A stretch of 63,548 nucleotides of DNA, counting the filler, from Perkinsus chesapeaki ATCC PRA-425 (taxonomy: Eukaryota; Protista; Perkinsozoa): the NCBI GenBank assembly GCA_013115145.1. It is 10 parts of 10 records of this genome, joined end to end, with 100 filler letters (N's around TTAATTAATTAA, not from the genome) between each part and the next. Parts side by side here need not be neighbours in the genome. Positions count along the whole stretch, not along the records: positions 8,618 to 11,261 come from JAAPAO010001554.1; positions 11,362 to 19,201 come from JAAPAO010001008.1; positions 19,302 to 43,056 come from JAAPAO010000560.1; 7 more parts are not named here. One strand, 5' to 3'. Below the pieces are notes generated by a model. That model was not told where the DNA came from and made no database searches. It worked only from the letters and a program-made list of their open reading frames with translations. The position numbers and the translations under genes are program-made. Below, one piece after another: positions 10,760-23,137 of the stretch. Numbering within the stretch: position 1 is the first letter of the stretch; each line of letters starts with the position of its first letter.

Positions 10760-11261
10760 CTTATTACGTTCATAAAATTGCATTACAAAGCACTAGCGTC
10801 ACGCTATGCACAACACAGAAAATGGGACAATTATTGTGGGATGAGATATCATATCTGGGACAATCTCTACAAGGTGGTCTGGATGGAGTTATCGTGGTCC
10901 GAATTAGGGAAGTGGATATCGTCTTAGTTAGTCTTTTTCTCTCTGTCCCGTTGCCCGGTGTCCTGGCACCGCGGCCCGGTCGACCATTGCTGATTATCTC
11001 TGTATTTCTGTCCCGACTATTCTGTTGTCACAGTCTCTATTATTTCGAGTATAAGGGTTGGCTCGGGTTTAGCGGGGACGAGGTGTTGTGGGGCTAGATT
11101 AATCCCCATCTTGCTATATTGCTGATTTCCTCACAACCTATTATGTCCCGAAGGACCTTGCTATGTCCCGAAGGGCCCTCTGATGTATTAAACCTTCGCC
11201 ATTCCCTTTGTAGCTGTCGAGCCCAATATCGATCAATTGCGCAGAGTAATTGTGTTTGCGT

Positions 11262-11361
11262 NNNNNNNNNNNNNNNNNNNNNNNNNNNNNNNNNNNNNNN
11301 NNNNNTTAATTAATTAANNNNNNNNNNNNNNNNNNNNNNNNNNNNNNNNNNNNNNNNNNNN
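11262..11361. other. Artificial contig linker
   Basis: Same 100-nt cassette. Confidence 0.98.
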
Positions 11362-11990
11362 CCCAGGATATCGAGAAGGCCGTCGCTTTTAAAAGAAGGC
11401 GACCTGATACAAATTGGCGTGATGTCCTTTCAGATGCTTAGTCGGCTACCTACAATCGCGGCCTTCAGTTCAACCATCATTAGCTGTTTTGCGCTCAGCA
11501 CAAGGAATTGAGTTGCGTTATTCGCTCCTGCCTTCATTTTTCCTGGCGTTGATGGTGAGCAACGCGTTACTCGTATTGCGAAAGTACACCGAGTGGTACC
11601 CTTTCACCCAAGGAGATCGGAATAGTCTAGCGGGTTGACGCGGAATACGTCCATCGGCACCTAATCTATGGGTGGTCTTCCTCGGACGCGGGTACTCCGG
11701 GCCTCGGAGTCCGGGGTGTTCACAGCGTGCACTGATGAGCAAACACCGAGTCGGGCTCACCTTCTGAATAGGCCCCCATTTGCGGATGATAACCCTTTCT
11801 ACAATCGAGGCAGCCCACTTGCCACCCACTGTCCTATTCGAGCCCTCCTGGATGGAACCGCCTGCAAGGCAACGAGAGCTTATCGGGCTTCCATGCGCGT
11901 GCGTGCAGCGGAGGGCGTGACGTCGGAGAGGTCTCGCGTTTATTGCCGTCTCCGAATTCATCAGTCTCCTTGAGGCGCTACCCTTTTCCA

Positions 11991-14832
11991 ATGTCTCGGC
12001 TATTAGCATTACTTGCTTTGCCTTTATCGGTGAGTGCGCCAGAGTTGTTCTGGTCTGTAATAGGGCTCCTCAGGTTTCTGGATTCGGCGTTGAATGCGAT
12101 ATCCTCGACAACGATAAGTTCAATATAAAAGATGGAAAGTACGACTATTACGACGGTTTGGCGCTCAAGGTGAGTTGTGTGCGTAGCTTTGGCTTAAATG
12201 GCGTGAGCAGGTAAATTCATTTTTCCTGAGCAAAGGCATATCTTTTTTGCCGAGACTTGATGCAATCTACAAGTTCGGGGTAGGCGGCGGCCATTATAGC
12301 TTCTACAACACTCAGCTGTGACCCGTTTATTCAGGGCAGCTGTCTCAAGCGCTGGGAAACGCAGATCAACTTTACAGAGACCCCTCCGATCCATCGGCCC
12401 CTCATGAAGCTGGGTGCGTCCATCGTTCGACACTCAGCTCGTGCTACTCATTTTTTGCAGACGCGGAAGGCTATGATGACGCTAATAGATTTTACAAGGA
12501 GGAGCAGGCCGCCCTTGAACAGGCACGCCGTGGACCCTCCTCATGGCCCCTGCTATTTCTCTGATTTCAGAATGTTACTCGTTTTTTTGGTCCCGAGGGC
12601 AAGAGGACATACACGTCCATTGAAGACCTTCACAGGGCCTATCTCAGTAGAGCCTCAGACCCTGTCACTGTCATCAAAGTACCGATGATTTCAGTCTTCT
12701 GCACAGACCGTATGTCATCCATTTCAGGGAGTCCTCCAAGCGGCTATGAAACTGAACGTAGATGTTCACGCTATCGAAAAGCTTCTCCCTTCCGCCGAGG
12801 TTCTCTCGATGGCGGAAAAGAGCGCGGCTCGTTTTAGAGAGGGAAAGCCGTTATCGATGCTTGATGGAGTTCCTTTTGTTGTCAAGAATGACGTTAATGT
12901 GAGAGTAAAGTGGCTGCTGTGTGAATCGTCTACTATTCAGGTGAAGGGTATATCAACTTTAGCTGGAATGTCGGCCACGAGCAAAGTTGGCAAGGCCATA
13001 AAACCTGCGGTAGGACGATGACATCAGCAAGTCTTACCGATCTCCTCGCTACACAGGCTGAAAACGACCGCGTCGTGGCAAGACTTCTCGACAGCGGGGC
13101 CATCCTTATCGGTGTTGCTGCCCAAAGTGAGCTCGGTCTTAGTCCCACAGGATTCAGTGGTAGGATGAATGATTGGTCGGCGCGTCAGATCATGGTCTAT
13201 TTCAGAATGGAAGAAGGGACCCCTTAACCCTCACCGATTGAATCGTTTCACTGGAGGGAGTACTTCAGGTGTTGCAGCTGCCGTCTCCATGGGCTTGGTA
13301 GTATCCCGCAGATGAGCCTGTTAGATTATCATCCCCATCAGGTGCCCTTTGGCGTTGGAACAGACGGAAATGGGTGCAATAGGATACCGGCGTCCCTTAC
13401 AGGTGTAGTTGGTATGGCTCCAACGTATGGTCGAGTGGGTTGACAGTAAGATGTTCGCTTGAGTTGACGTTTTTTCGTTAGGTCCGGTTTGACGCCCCCA
13501 CTGCGAGCGCCTTTAAAAATGTCCACTACGGTCCGATTGCCGGGAATGTCGAGGATGTCGCCCATGTTATGAGCGTTATAGCCGACGGTGAGTGGGATAA
13601 ATCTATTAAACTATACGGAGACCGCTTGCTCGCCTATCACTTGCGGTTGCCGTTATATCAAACTCCTCCGTGTAGGAAAAGAGAACCATGAATACGACAC
13701 TTATTATCACATGCACTACAGGCAGGGTTTCCTTCCCAAGATGCATCTGAGAGCCTTCACTCATCCCTCCAATGAGGTTGTTAAAGTCGGAATTTTCACC
13801 AAATGGGCAGATTCATGCTCCAAAGACGTTATAAAGGTAGCGGCTATCCCGAGCGGCACGCCCTGATAGCTTTTCAAAGGTCTTTTATGATACTGTGCAT
13901 AAGTATCCTGGCTGGAAGGTCGACCACTTCACCGTGCCACAGATGGCCGGTCAGTTGAAAACCCAAAGTAAGTATCCTTGAGGATCATCGAAGCCTTTCT
14001 CATTCAGTTATATCTCTCCTCGGTGAGTACGGTAATCTTCTCAGTGAAGGAAGCCTATCGCATCTAGAATACAGCTCCAAAGTGGGATTCCTTAGGAGGT
14101 CGGGTACCCAATTCAATGTGCGATTATTTAGATAATGGTCGGATTGGCAAGGACAGTAGCTGGGTCCAAGTCCAAGAAGAAGGCTGTGTCATCCATTCGA
14201 GGTTGGGCCATGGCGAAATGGTGAGGAATATCATAACTCACAATTCATCTGGCTGCTTGCCGTATCCTTGAGGCATGTCCCTCACTTCGCATCCATTTCA
14301 CGAAGATCTTCGTTTTCTAGTCGAAGCATACGGAACCACTTCTCTTCTTCAGGGAGGCCGTTTTTAAAAAGGTTGACTTTATTGTTGTGCCAACAGTACG
14401 GGAAGTCGCTCCCAAGATCCCGGGCAAATACTTTGACCATCGTAAGGCATCGTGTCCTCGGTTATACTGCTTTCAGGAGCAATACTCAAACCGGTGTTAT
14501 CTGCACATGTTTGCAGCTTCCAATGCTTACCTCGATTCTTCGATTAGGTCCCTTCGACCCAGCTTTCGAGGAGATGTTCGTGCGATCAACTTGGGTCACA
14601 AATCTGCTGGGGTATCCCTCGATCAGCGTTTCTATGGGAATGAGCAAGGAAGGTTTCCCTATGGGCTTACAGGTGAGTAACCCATTGGTTTCCATACCAT
14701 GTCAGACCGCGACTTTAGGTCATTGGCAAGCATTGGGAGGATGACAAACTTATGAAAGTCGCCAGCCAGTTCCAGCAATACACCGAGCCTACTCGAGCCA
14801 AGCCGACGATGTACAACCATGAGCTGATATAG
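11991..14832 (+). CDS. Amidase-signature enzyme, plant-type FAAH-like paralog 1 (signal peptide; nucleophile position is Cys)
   Basis: Multi-exon. MSRLLALLALPLS|VSG leader; MLDGVPFVVKND (catalytic Lys); FTGGSTSG; GTDGNGCNRIPASLTGVVG; C-terminal GFPMGLQ|VIGKHWEDDKL; TAG at 14830-14832. Confidence 0.9.
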
Positions 14833-15123
14833 AAATCTAATCGAAACCTGACGGTCCGTGACGTCCCGTTACCGAAAGGACCGTTACCTTACTTTCAGCC
14901 CACTTTTCCATGGCGGTCTTCAACTTACTCTGGTACCTAGACGCTCTGCCTTTTAACAGATTTTAACAAATGGGGGTCGGCAACTTCAACGCCTAGAAGG
15001 CTTCACAGCTGCATTTCCTTTACATATTTCATGTTGAGTTCTTTCTTGCGTCGTCTGTGCTCGTTCTTTCTGTGCTAGCGTCATCTGGATTTCAATGTTG
15101 CTTTCGCGCACTCGAATTCGCTT

Positions 15124-17915
15124 ATGGTCAGTTTTCCTGCAATGTGCTTTAGCCTACATATCCTCAGTCTCCTGCTCTGCTTTATGCCTGGGGTACCAAC
15201 AGGATTACCTTTATTAGATATTTGTCTAAGTGGATTTGACTTTCAGGTTCGAGCTACAGGCAGTTATAAATGTAATGCACTCAACGTCTTAGACTTCAAC
15301 ATGAGACCAATATCCGCTCCCACAGCAACCGGAAAGAAACTTGGGGTGAGTGTATATGTGATATTCCTACTCTGTATCTTAATGTCGTCCTCGCTCAGTT
15401 TATCGCTTGGTGGGCGAGGAAGGGGCTCCTAGGAAAGCCACTACGCAGCTACATGCTCAATTCTAATGGCGTAGGCTCGTTTGTCTTCAACGTCGGAGAA
15501 TGTTGTCAGATACAATGCATCCCTGAGGTCGCTAAAGAGGTCAGTCCTGAAATAGCTCCTGTTAAGTTTCCGATGATAGCACTAAGTTAGTTTTAGTATA
15601 TTTATCATTTGCATTTCACTCGCCGTTCTTAGGTGATGAAGATTATGAGAAGGCGCAGGAATACTATAGTAAAGAAGAAGCCCAACTCAAGAAGGTAAAA
15701 CGGAATATTCGATTAAACTATGTTGGGTCGTTATCCCCTCGCTCAGAATGTATCTCGGTATTTTGGTTCGGGCATCAACAGTCCCTACAGGTCAATTGAG
15801 GATTTGCACACGGCCTATATGAAGGGCAAAGCCAATCCAGTGGACATCATTGATGTACACAGATAAGCCTTCTCAAATAGCTATGGTGTTCTGATTAGAA
15901 TGTTCTTCAAGCCGTAAGAGACTTTAATCCAACTCTAAAAGCTTTCAAGGAGCTTTATAGTGTTAAAGAGATCAATCGCTTGGCCAAAGCTAGCGCCGAG
16001 AGGTTCAGACAAGGCAAACCAAAATCCATGCTTGATGGCATACCATTTGGTGTTAAAGATGAAATGAATGTGAGACCATTGTTACTCGCACATCCGAGAA
16101 TTTTCTCTGCAGGTTATCGGCCAAAAGCTGCTTGATGGCATTAATCCAAAGGGGAGAATGGCGAAGTCTCTGCCGATAAAGGTGAGCTGGATCGTTCACA
16201 ACATCCAGCTTGGATGCTTGGGCAACTTTGTTCTGTGATTAGACGACAAACGATCCCGTTATTGATGCCCTTCTCGATGCTGGTGCTATTCTCATCGGAA
16301 CTACAACGATGCATGAGTTAGGCATCAGCCCGCTGGGATACAACAGTAGGTGGTTTACGGTTAACAGAAGCTCTATATTGACTCATTTTTAGGTTGGTAC
16401 CAAGGACCCCTCAATGCCTTTGACACCCGCCGCTTCACTGGTGGAAGCTCCTCGGGTGCTGCTACTGCCGCGGCAGCTGGAATGGTATAGACAGCCCCAG
16501 CAGTGTTTTCTTGTATTATTTACCAGGCTCTATTTTTCATTGGCTTTGATGGTGGTGGATCTATTCGTATCCCTTCTGTTTGGTCTGGAGTTGTTGGGCT
16601 TGCTCCTACCTTCGGCAGAGTGAGTTCACCATCTCGTTCCCGATCTCGCAATGAAGATTCCGCTAGGTTCGTTATGACAATGAAGAACTAAAAGTTTTCA
16701 CCACCCTGCACTGTGGACCGATCGCTGCTAATGTAGCCGATGTCGCGCATGTTATGAGTGTTATTGGGAATGTTCAATACAAAAGTACGTCTACTAACAG
16801 CTCAGATTGCTGCGAGACATCACATGTTAGGAGGTCAGCACTTCTACGATGGTCTCTACCAAAAAGCCGCTGGCAAGGAAACAATGCCACCGATGCATCT
16901 TAATGCTCTTCTAACTCCCTCTCCTAAAGGCAAATATAAAGTTGGCGTCTTTGATGACTGGGTGAAGTTCAGCAGTGAAGAAGCGCAATCCGTATGAACG
17001 GTCCCTTCGGCTATCGAGTTTGTCTATTCTCATCGTCTCAGGCCTTCAATACTGCACTAGAAGCTATGAAGGATCAATGGGATCGTCATGAGTTTCGTAT
17101 GAAAGATATGCAGGATCAGGCTCTCTCTCATAGTAAGTGACATCCGTATCGGTTCAATACGTGATTGCTGCGCTCTTTCAGCTTTCGCTATCGCCACGGA
17201 GTTCGCCGATACTCATCCTGACCAGCCACTGGATGGCTACGAGTACAATACACAGGTTAGACTCGATCAATTGCGGTAACTTGGAACACCCCGTGTTGTT
17301 AGATATCTCTCGCTCTTGGTCGAGATATTGTTAAGAAAAAGGATGTAGTCGATGCCATACCTAAGCTGCGTGGTTGGGCTATCCAACAATGGTGAGCCCA
17401 TAAGCCGTCTGCTGGGGTACAGCCGGATTCGCTTAGGAATGAAGTTTTCAAAGGTGTTGATTTCATTATCACACCGACTATCGCCTACGGTGCCCCGGAG
17501 ATCCCCTCGGGTGTCTTTCAATATGGTAAGCTAACGTTCCGTGTGCTTAACACCACTCTGGGGAGTCACGCTCATAGATTATTATCAACTATGAGTTTGT
17601 TATTGTTGCTCATCAGGTGAATTCAATCCGACAAGAGTTTCGGAAATGTTACGCTTTATATGGCCGACCAATCTGGTTGGCTTCCCATCCATAACCATTC
17701 CAGTTGGCCAGAACAAGGAAGGAATGCCCCTCGGCATTCAGGTCAGTAACTTATATAACAACTAGGATGCATCTTCATTAATATCTTATCAGATAATGGC
17801 TCCACACTGGCAGGATGACAAACTTATCAAAGTCGGTCTAGATGTTCAACGTCAACTTGCTGGCGGTCGTATCCGTCCCGAAAAATACTATCGGGACATT
17901 ATGTCCGAGCAGTGA
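15124..17915 (+). CDS. Amidase-signature enzyme, plant-type FAAH-like paralog 2 (intact Lys-cisSer-Ser triad)
   Basis: Multi-exon with intron positions shared with paralog 1; [57 protein letters not shown]; TGA at 17913-17915. Confidence 0.92.
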
Positions 17916-19201
17916 TGTGGCGCTTGACCATTTTTTCTTCCCTTTTTTGGCTTCTTCAAAGTCTTCCAAGTCGGACTCTCCGACCGCTCCCTTACAGAGC
18001 TCTGATGACACCTCCTTAAGCTTTCATCTCAATATCCTTCAGTGTTGAGTGTATATACTATCTCTGCCTACACGAGCTCAATTAGAGGCTCGGGAGAGGG
18101 GGTGACTTAGGCGACAATTGGAACACATGTCCGCAACGCTAGTCTCAGAAAGGTCACCAATTCATCAACGCACATGAGGCGCAGGCAGTAACTCGAAGAG
18201 CACGAACATGTTGTATAATTCTGCTTTAAGCCAAGGCATTCGTGGTGTACGTGGCGGCCATCTTGTGGCAGGAACCTCCTCGTAAATGTCAGGGACTACG
18301 AATTCCTTAGCCTGCGTCTTTGATAAATGGATAAAAATCGGGAAGGATGAAGCCCCCATCCTTAACAAAGGCAAGAACCGGTACGGACTGGGAGCCGCCT
18401 TTGGGCGAGGATCGAATTGCTAATTAATGTCACTTGAAAGGCGCAATGGAGATACGAGGCAGTTGACACGACTTTGTTAAATAGACAATGTTGATACCTA
18501 GGCCAATTTATTGGTCTAGAATTGGTTCATTTATTGGTAGCTGTGCTTCTAGCCGTGTGAAAGGAACACAGGATCAGCGAAGCACTACGACAGTACAGTT
18601 TCCACGACGAGAATGAGCTCGGCAAAGCCATTTTTGGCGCTGGACTATAAACTCACACACGCAAAGTGACTGTGTCAATCATCGTTCCATGGGCGAGTTG
18701 CGAATTCAGAACCTGGGGTCCAGAAAGTTCATCGGGCTTTCACTCCCAGTGGTATGGATGTCTGTCAGCCAGCATCCTGGGTCGAAGTTAAGGAATGAAT
18801 CTGCAGCTGCAGCTAACGCACAACAGTGGGTACGCCGAGTCTGTGCCGCAGGCTGGCCGAAATATTCATTAACAACCAGCACGCGTATGTCGAAGCGCCG
18901 GAAGATGGGCTAACAATCTCAGAATCATTTATAACCATTATTATTTTGAAATGTCTTACTGGTAGCCTACCAATGACAGCCTGTCATGGCTCCTGTCATT
19001 GACAGGAGCCATGTTTTCTTTCTCTCCTCTATTGGTTGACCCCAGGACGTGCGGCGCGCCCCGGAGGCGTACAGTATCCTGCCGCGCGCCCCGAAAACAG
19101 GCAAGGGATGCTCGCACGAGAATGGCCATGTGCCGTCCGAGGGACAGCGCTACTTCTTTATCGCTCGCCTGAAACCGTCATATCTGTAACGGTTCTAAGA
19201 T

Positions 19202-19301
19202 NNNNNNNNNNNNNNNNNNNNNNNNNNNNNNNNNNNNNNNNNNNNTTAATTAATTAANNNNNNNNNNNNNNNNNNNNNNNNNNNNNNNNNNNNNNNNNNN
19301 N
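19202..19301. other. Artificial contig linker
   Basis: Same 100-nt cassette. Confidence 0.98.
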
Positions 19302-19620
19302 GATCTTGAGGTTGGCGTTCATATTCTTGATCATTAGAGCCAGGCGACTGAGCGGGGATAAACATCCCGGTAGAATGTGAGGGTAGTATAGGGTCGTGAT
19401 TGTGAACGGGGACAAAGATGTCGTCAGCTGTAGACGGAGCGAGACGAGGATCAATCCTGTGATCAAACGGAGAAACATCGGAAGCGCGTTCAACCGAAGA
19501 CGCAGAACGTTTAGCTTTAGCCTTAGATTTAGACCTAGGCTTACCAATACGAGATGACTCACTAGTGATTCTAGGTGATAGCTCAGACTCAAGATGATAA
19601 TTTGACCTCGTTACAACCAT
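19302..19620 (-). mobile_element. LTR retrotransposon gag N-terminal fragment (truncated by contig edge); LTR-like leader at 19620-19900
   Basis: ORF starts MVVTRS..., basic and Pro-rich as in many gag N-termini; short repeats in the upstream region. No RT visible, PBS not identified. Confidence 0.45.
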
Positions 19621-20077
19621 CCCAATACTATCTCAGCGCGACAAGTATCAGATAAAGATTACACTTAATCAGTTCCTACTGTTCCGAACTTACACAGTTC
19701 AGATCAATACGATAGATTTCAGTTCCTTAGAACCTTAATCGAAAACCGATCGAAACAAATCGCTCGAATCTGCTCGAATCTGATCCGTACAACCTGTACG
19801 TTTCAGATAATACAACCGTTTCAGATATGCAGATCTAAAACTACTAGATCTTAGTGATCAGATTATTGGGCGAGCGAGATTGGAACCTACGTTGTTCCTT
19901 TCCCGTGCTCTCACAGCAGTTTTTCATGCAAACTGAGTGTTCGCGTGCCGCTGCCGCAGCTGCTGCTTTGAAGTGCTCATCTTTACTTTTGTGGATAGGG
20001 ACATGAATATGATGGGCTAGTTTTCAGACCACCACTTTTTACTGACTCTGATGACAGGTGGGATATTTGTAAGTTAA

Positions 20078-21333
20078 ATGTTAAATAATGATATTATTAC
20101 CTATTATCCATCATACTCATTTATTATGATATATGGTATGATTATTATTATATCATCATTATATGGTAAAACATATCCTAAGATACTTATAGGATTTGTA
20201 TTATTATGCTCATTAGTAATAATAAAGATATTATTAATATATACATTTATAATTCTATATATAATAGATACCATTTATATTACCAAATGATATGATGTTT
20301 ATGCTTGAAAGATGTATTATATTCTTACACTTAACATGTAGTGTTATTTGGAAATATATCGATTATATACCATCAAAGACAAACAAAGTGATAATAAAGC
20401 CCCGTCAAAATCGTAAAGATTGTAGGAAATATTCAAATAATAAAAGGAATAGATCATCATTTGATATAACTGTAATAATATTATCAATAATATGGTCATT
20501 AATAATATTCTCTATAAAGCAGTATTATGATAATAATGCATTAGGTACATACTTTAGCCTATCAAGGTATAACTAATAATGCTGTTAGAGTACCACCATT
20601 TACATTTAATCGTAGATCATTATATAAATTATTAATATTATCAATAATATATCATATTATTATTAAATATATAATACCATCAGTAATATTCAATCTAACA
20701 CCATTAATAGGATATCTTGCAACACGTTTTATTGCTGCTTTATTATTAGCCCTTGGTAATGCTGGTCTATTCTGTTCATTATCAATAGCATCACAGTTAT
20801 TGTTTTCATTATTTGGATACTCATTAGAACCATTTTATAATAAGTTTTGGTTATCATCAAGAGTATCACAATTTTGGAGGCGTTGGAATACACCTTTACA
20901 AAGAGTATTATATCGTTATATATTTTATCCATTAAATGGTGTATTAGGTATACCTAAAATATTATCAACTTTAATTGTATTTTTAGTATCAAGTGCAATA
21001 CATTGGATACCTATCATAGCTTTTATACCCAATGCATCCAAGATAGTAGCATTCATAACGTGGAATATATTCTTTATATTACAATATATTATATTAATAA
21101 CTGAATCGCTTATAGATTGGCTTATTGCCAACCATGCATTATGTAAATATAATAAAGCAAGAGTAGGAGTAGGAGGAGGATGTACTGTCACTGTGAATAA
21201 TAATAATAATGTTTTATATTATTATGTGTGTTTATTTAATAATCCTAAAGTTAGACGTACACTTACATTATTATGGGTATCGTTATCTTCAGCAATTGTT
21301 CATGTACCTATATTATCATATATGGGATATTAA
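20078..21333 (+). CDS. MBOAT-family (wax synthase/sterol acyltransferase-like) O-acyltransferase 1
   Basis: EPFYNKFWLSSRVSQFWRRWNTPLQRVLY and FLVSSAIHW (catalytic His); exons align with the paralog at 28618-29938. Confidence 0.85.
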
Positions 21334-21410
21334 TAATAATAATAATAATAACAACAACAACAATACTACTACTACTACTGCTACTACTACTACTACTACT
21401 ACTATTACTA
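21331..21410. repeat. Compound trinucleotide microsatellite (TAA)n(CAA)n(TAC)n
   Basis: Directly visible. Confidence 0.9.
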
Positions 21411-21476
21411 TACCCTCTATTATTATTTTTGTGTTAAAAGTTAAATAATAATTATACATAGTTTTATTTAATAACA

Positions 21477-22937
21477 ATGGATAAAGGTGATATAGATCAT
21501 GATAATAATATACAAGATGGATTAAATGACAAGGAAGAATATAATGACGAGGAGGAGGAAATATTCCAATACGATGGTTTAGCAATGATGAGAAGGAATT
21601 ATCTTAATAAACTAGGGTTATTTGGTAGTACCAGCCCCCCTACTGCCACTGGTGTACCATCTACTACTAGTAGCGGTAGTAGTATAGTAGTATCTAATCG
21701 TAATGGTAGCATTACATATAAAGAAGCACCTGGTAATCAACAAGAGTCATTTATACAGTATGGTGAAAGAGATAATAACAACAGACTCTCTAATACGAGA
21801 CCAATACAATCAGAATTTAAGCTTAATTTTGGTAATGTACCTGAGAGATCCGCTGATGATTTTAGAATGCAGGTAGTAGTAGTATTAATAATAATAATGA
21901 TGTATATTTATATTTTATTATTAGTACTTGAAAAAGCTATCATACACAGGTGTATGGGTACCACAGGCACAGAAGCCACCACAACATCAGACAGGTGGTT
22001 ATAAGACTAGTTATTATTATTATTATGTATTAATTATTATTAGTTATTATATTCGATTGGGATGATACTTTATTATGTACATCCTATCTAAATTTAAGGG
22101 CTGGGCAACAACAGAATCGACAAGATATATCAAAAAGTGTTCAAAAACATTTAACGAATATATCTACAACAGATGTAATAATAATAGAGCTTATATCACA
22201 TTTTATCAGTACTATTATTATTAGAGTAAATTATTAGAGATGGCTATGGCTCATGGTGAAACATTTATAATAACTAATGCAATGAAAGGATGGGTTGAAT
22301 ATAGTGCTAGGAAATACGTACCTGAACTATTACCTACCTTACGGAAGTAGTAGGAGGAGGAAGGTATTAGTAAGGAAATAGTATTTAATATTATTAGGGT
22401 AAGGATAATATCTGCACGTACTGAGCATGAACGACAATACCCCGGTGATTATCATCAATGGAAGGTAGTTATAATAATGCTTATTATTATTAATGTATAA
22501 CAGTGTAAAATCTTATTATTAGATATCGGCATTCTTATCTGTTCGACAAGCATTAAACTCACAAGTAATAACTAATCTAATATCACTTGGTGATAGTAAT
22601 ATTGAAATGGATGCAATACATGTTATGGGCAGTGAATTCTCACAAGCTTTAATAAAAACTATTAAATTTAGGGAGAATCCATCACCAGATGAATTAGTAA
22701 TAATAATATTAATAATTACTATTTTTACTATAATCGCGTTAGGCTAAACAACTTGAGTTGGTTTATCAAAAGTTTGATAAAATATTAGTTAATGCTCGTA
22801 ATTTAAAGATATCACTTGAACGTAAATGGATACCTTCACCTAAGAGTCGTAGTCCATCACCAGCAACATCATCATCATCATCAACAGCAGCAGCAGCAGC
22901 AACAGCAGAATCGCCAAGTAGTAATAATGATACATAA
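21477..22937 (+). CDS. HAD-superfamily hydrolase, apicomplexan/ciliate conserved type
   Basis: Exons give IIFDWDDTLLCTSYL (DxDxT), IITNAMKGWVEYS, RIISAR, ISLGDSNIEMDA, KTIKFRENPSPDEL; TAA at 22935-22937. Confidence 0.85.
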
Positions 22938-23093
22938 GGATAATAATAATAACAAGATCAATTATTACTGGTACAACGACGACGTTATAACAATGATATC
23001 ATTTCTGTTGGTTAATAAGTGTTAAGCTATTATTAAATATAAGGTTGTTCTTGTTGTTGTTGTTGTTTATACTATTGTTGCTACTGCGCTAAA

Positions 23094-23097
23094 ATGC

Positions 23098-23137
<40 letters not shown>

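Noticed and set aside
11119-11313. ORFs containing X runs (also those ending at 19257, 52314, 55631 and 62330)
   Set aside because: They read into artificial linkers; the terminal LIN/N residues come from TTAATTAATTAA.
18050-18950. Short ORFs after amidase 2
   Set aside because: No recognisable motif or coherent splice model.
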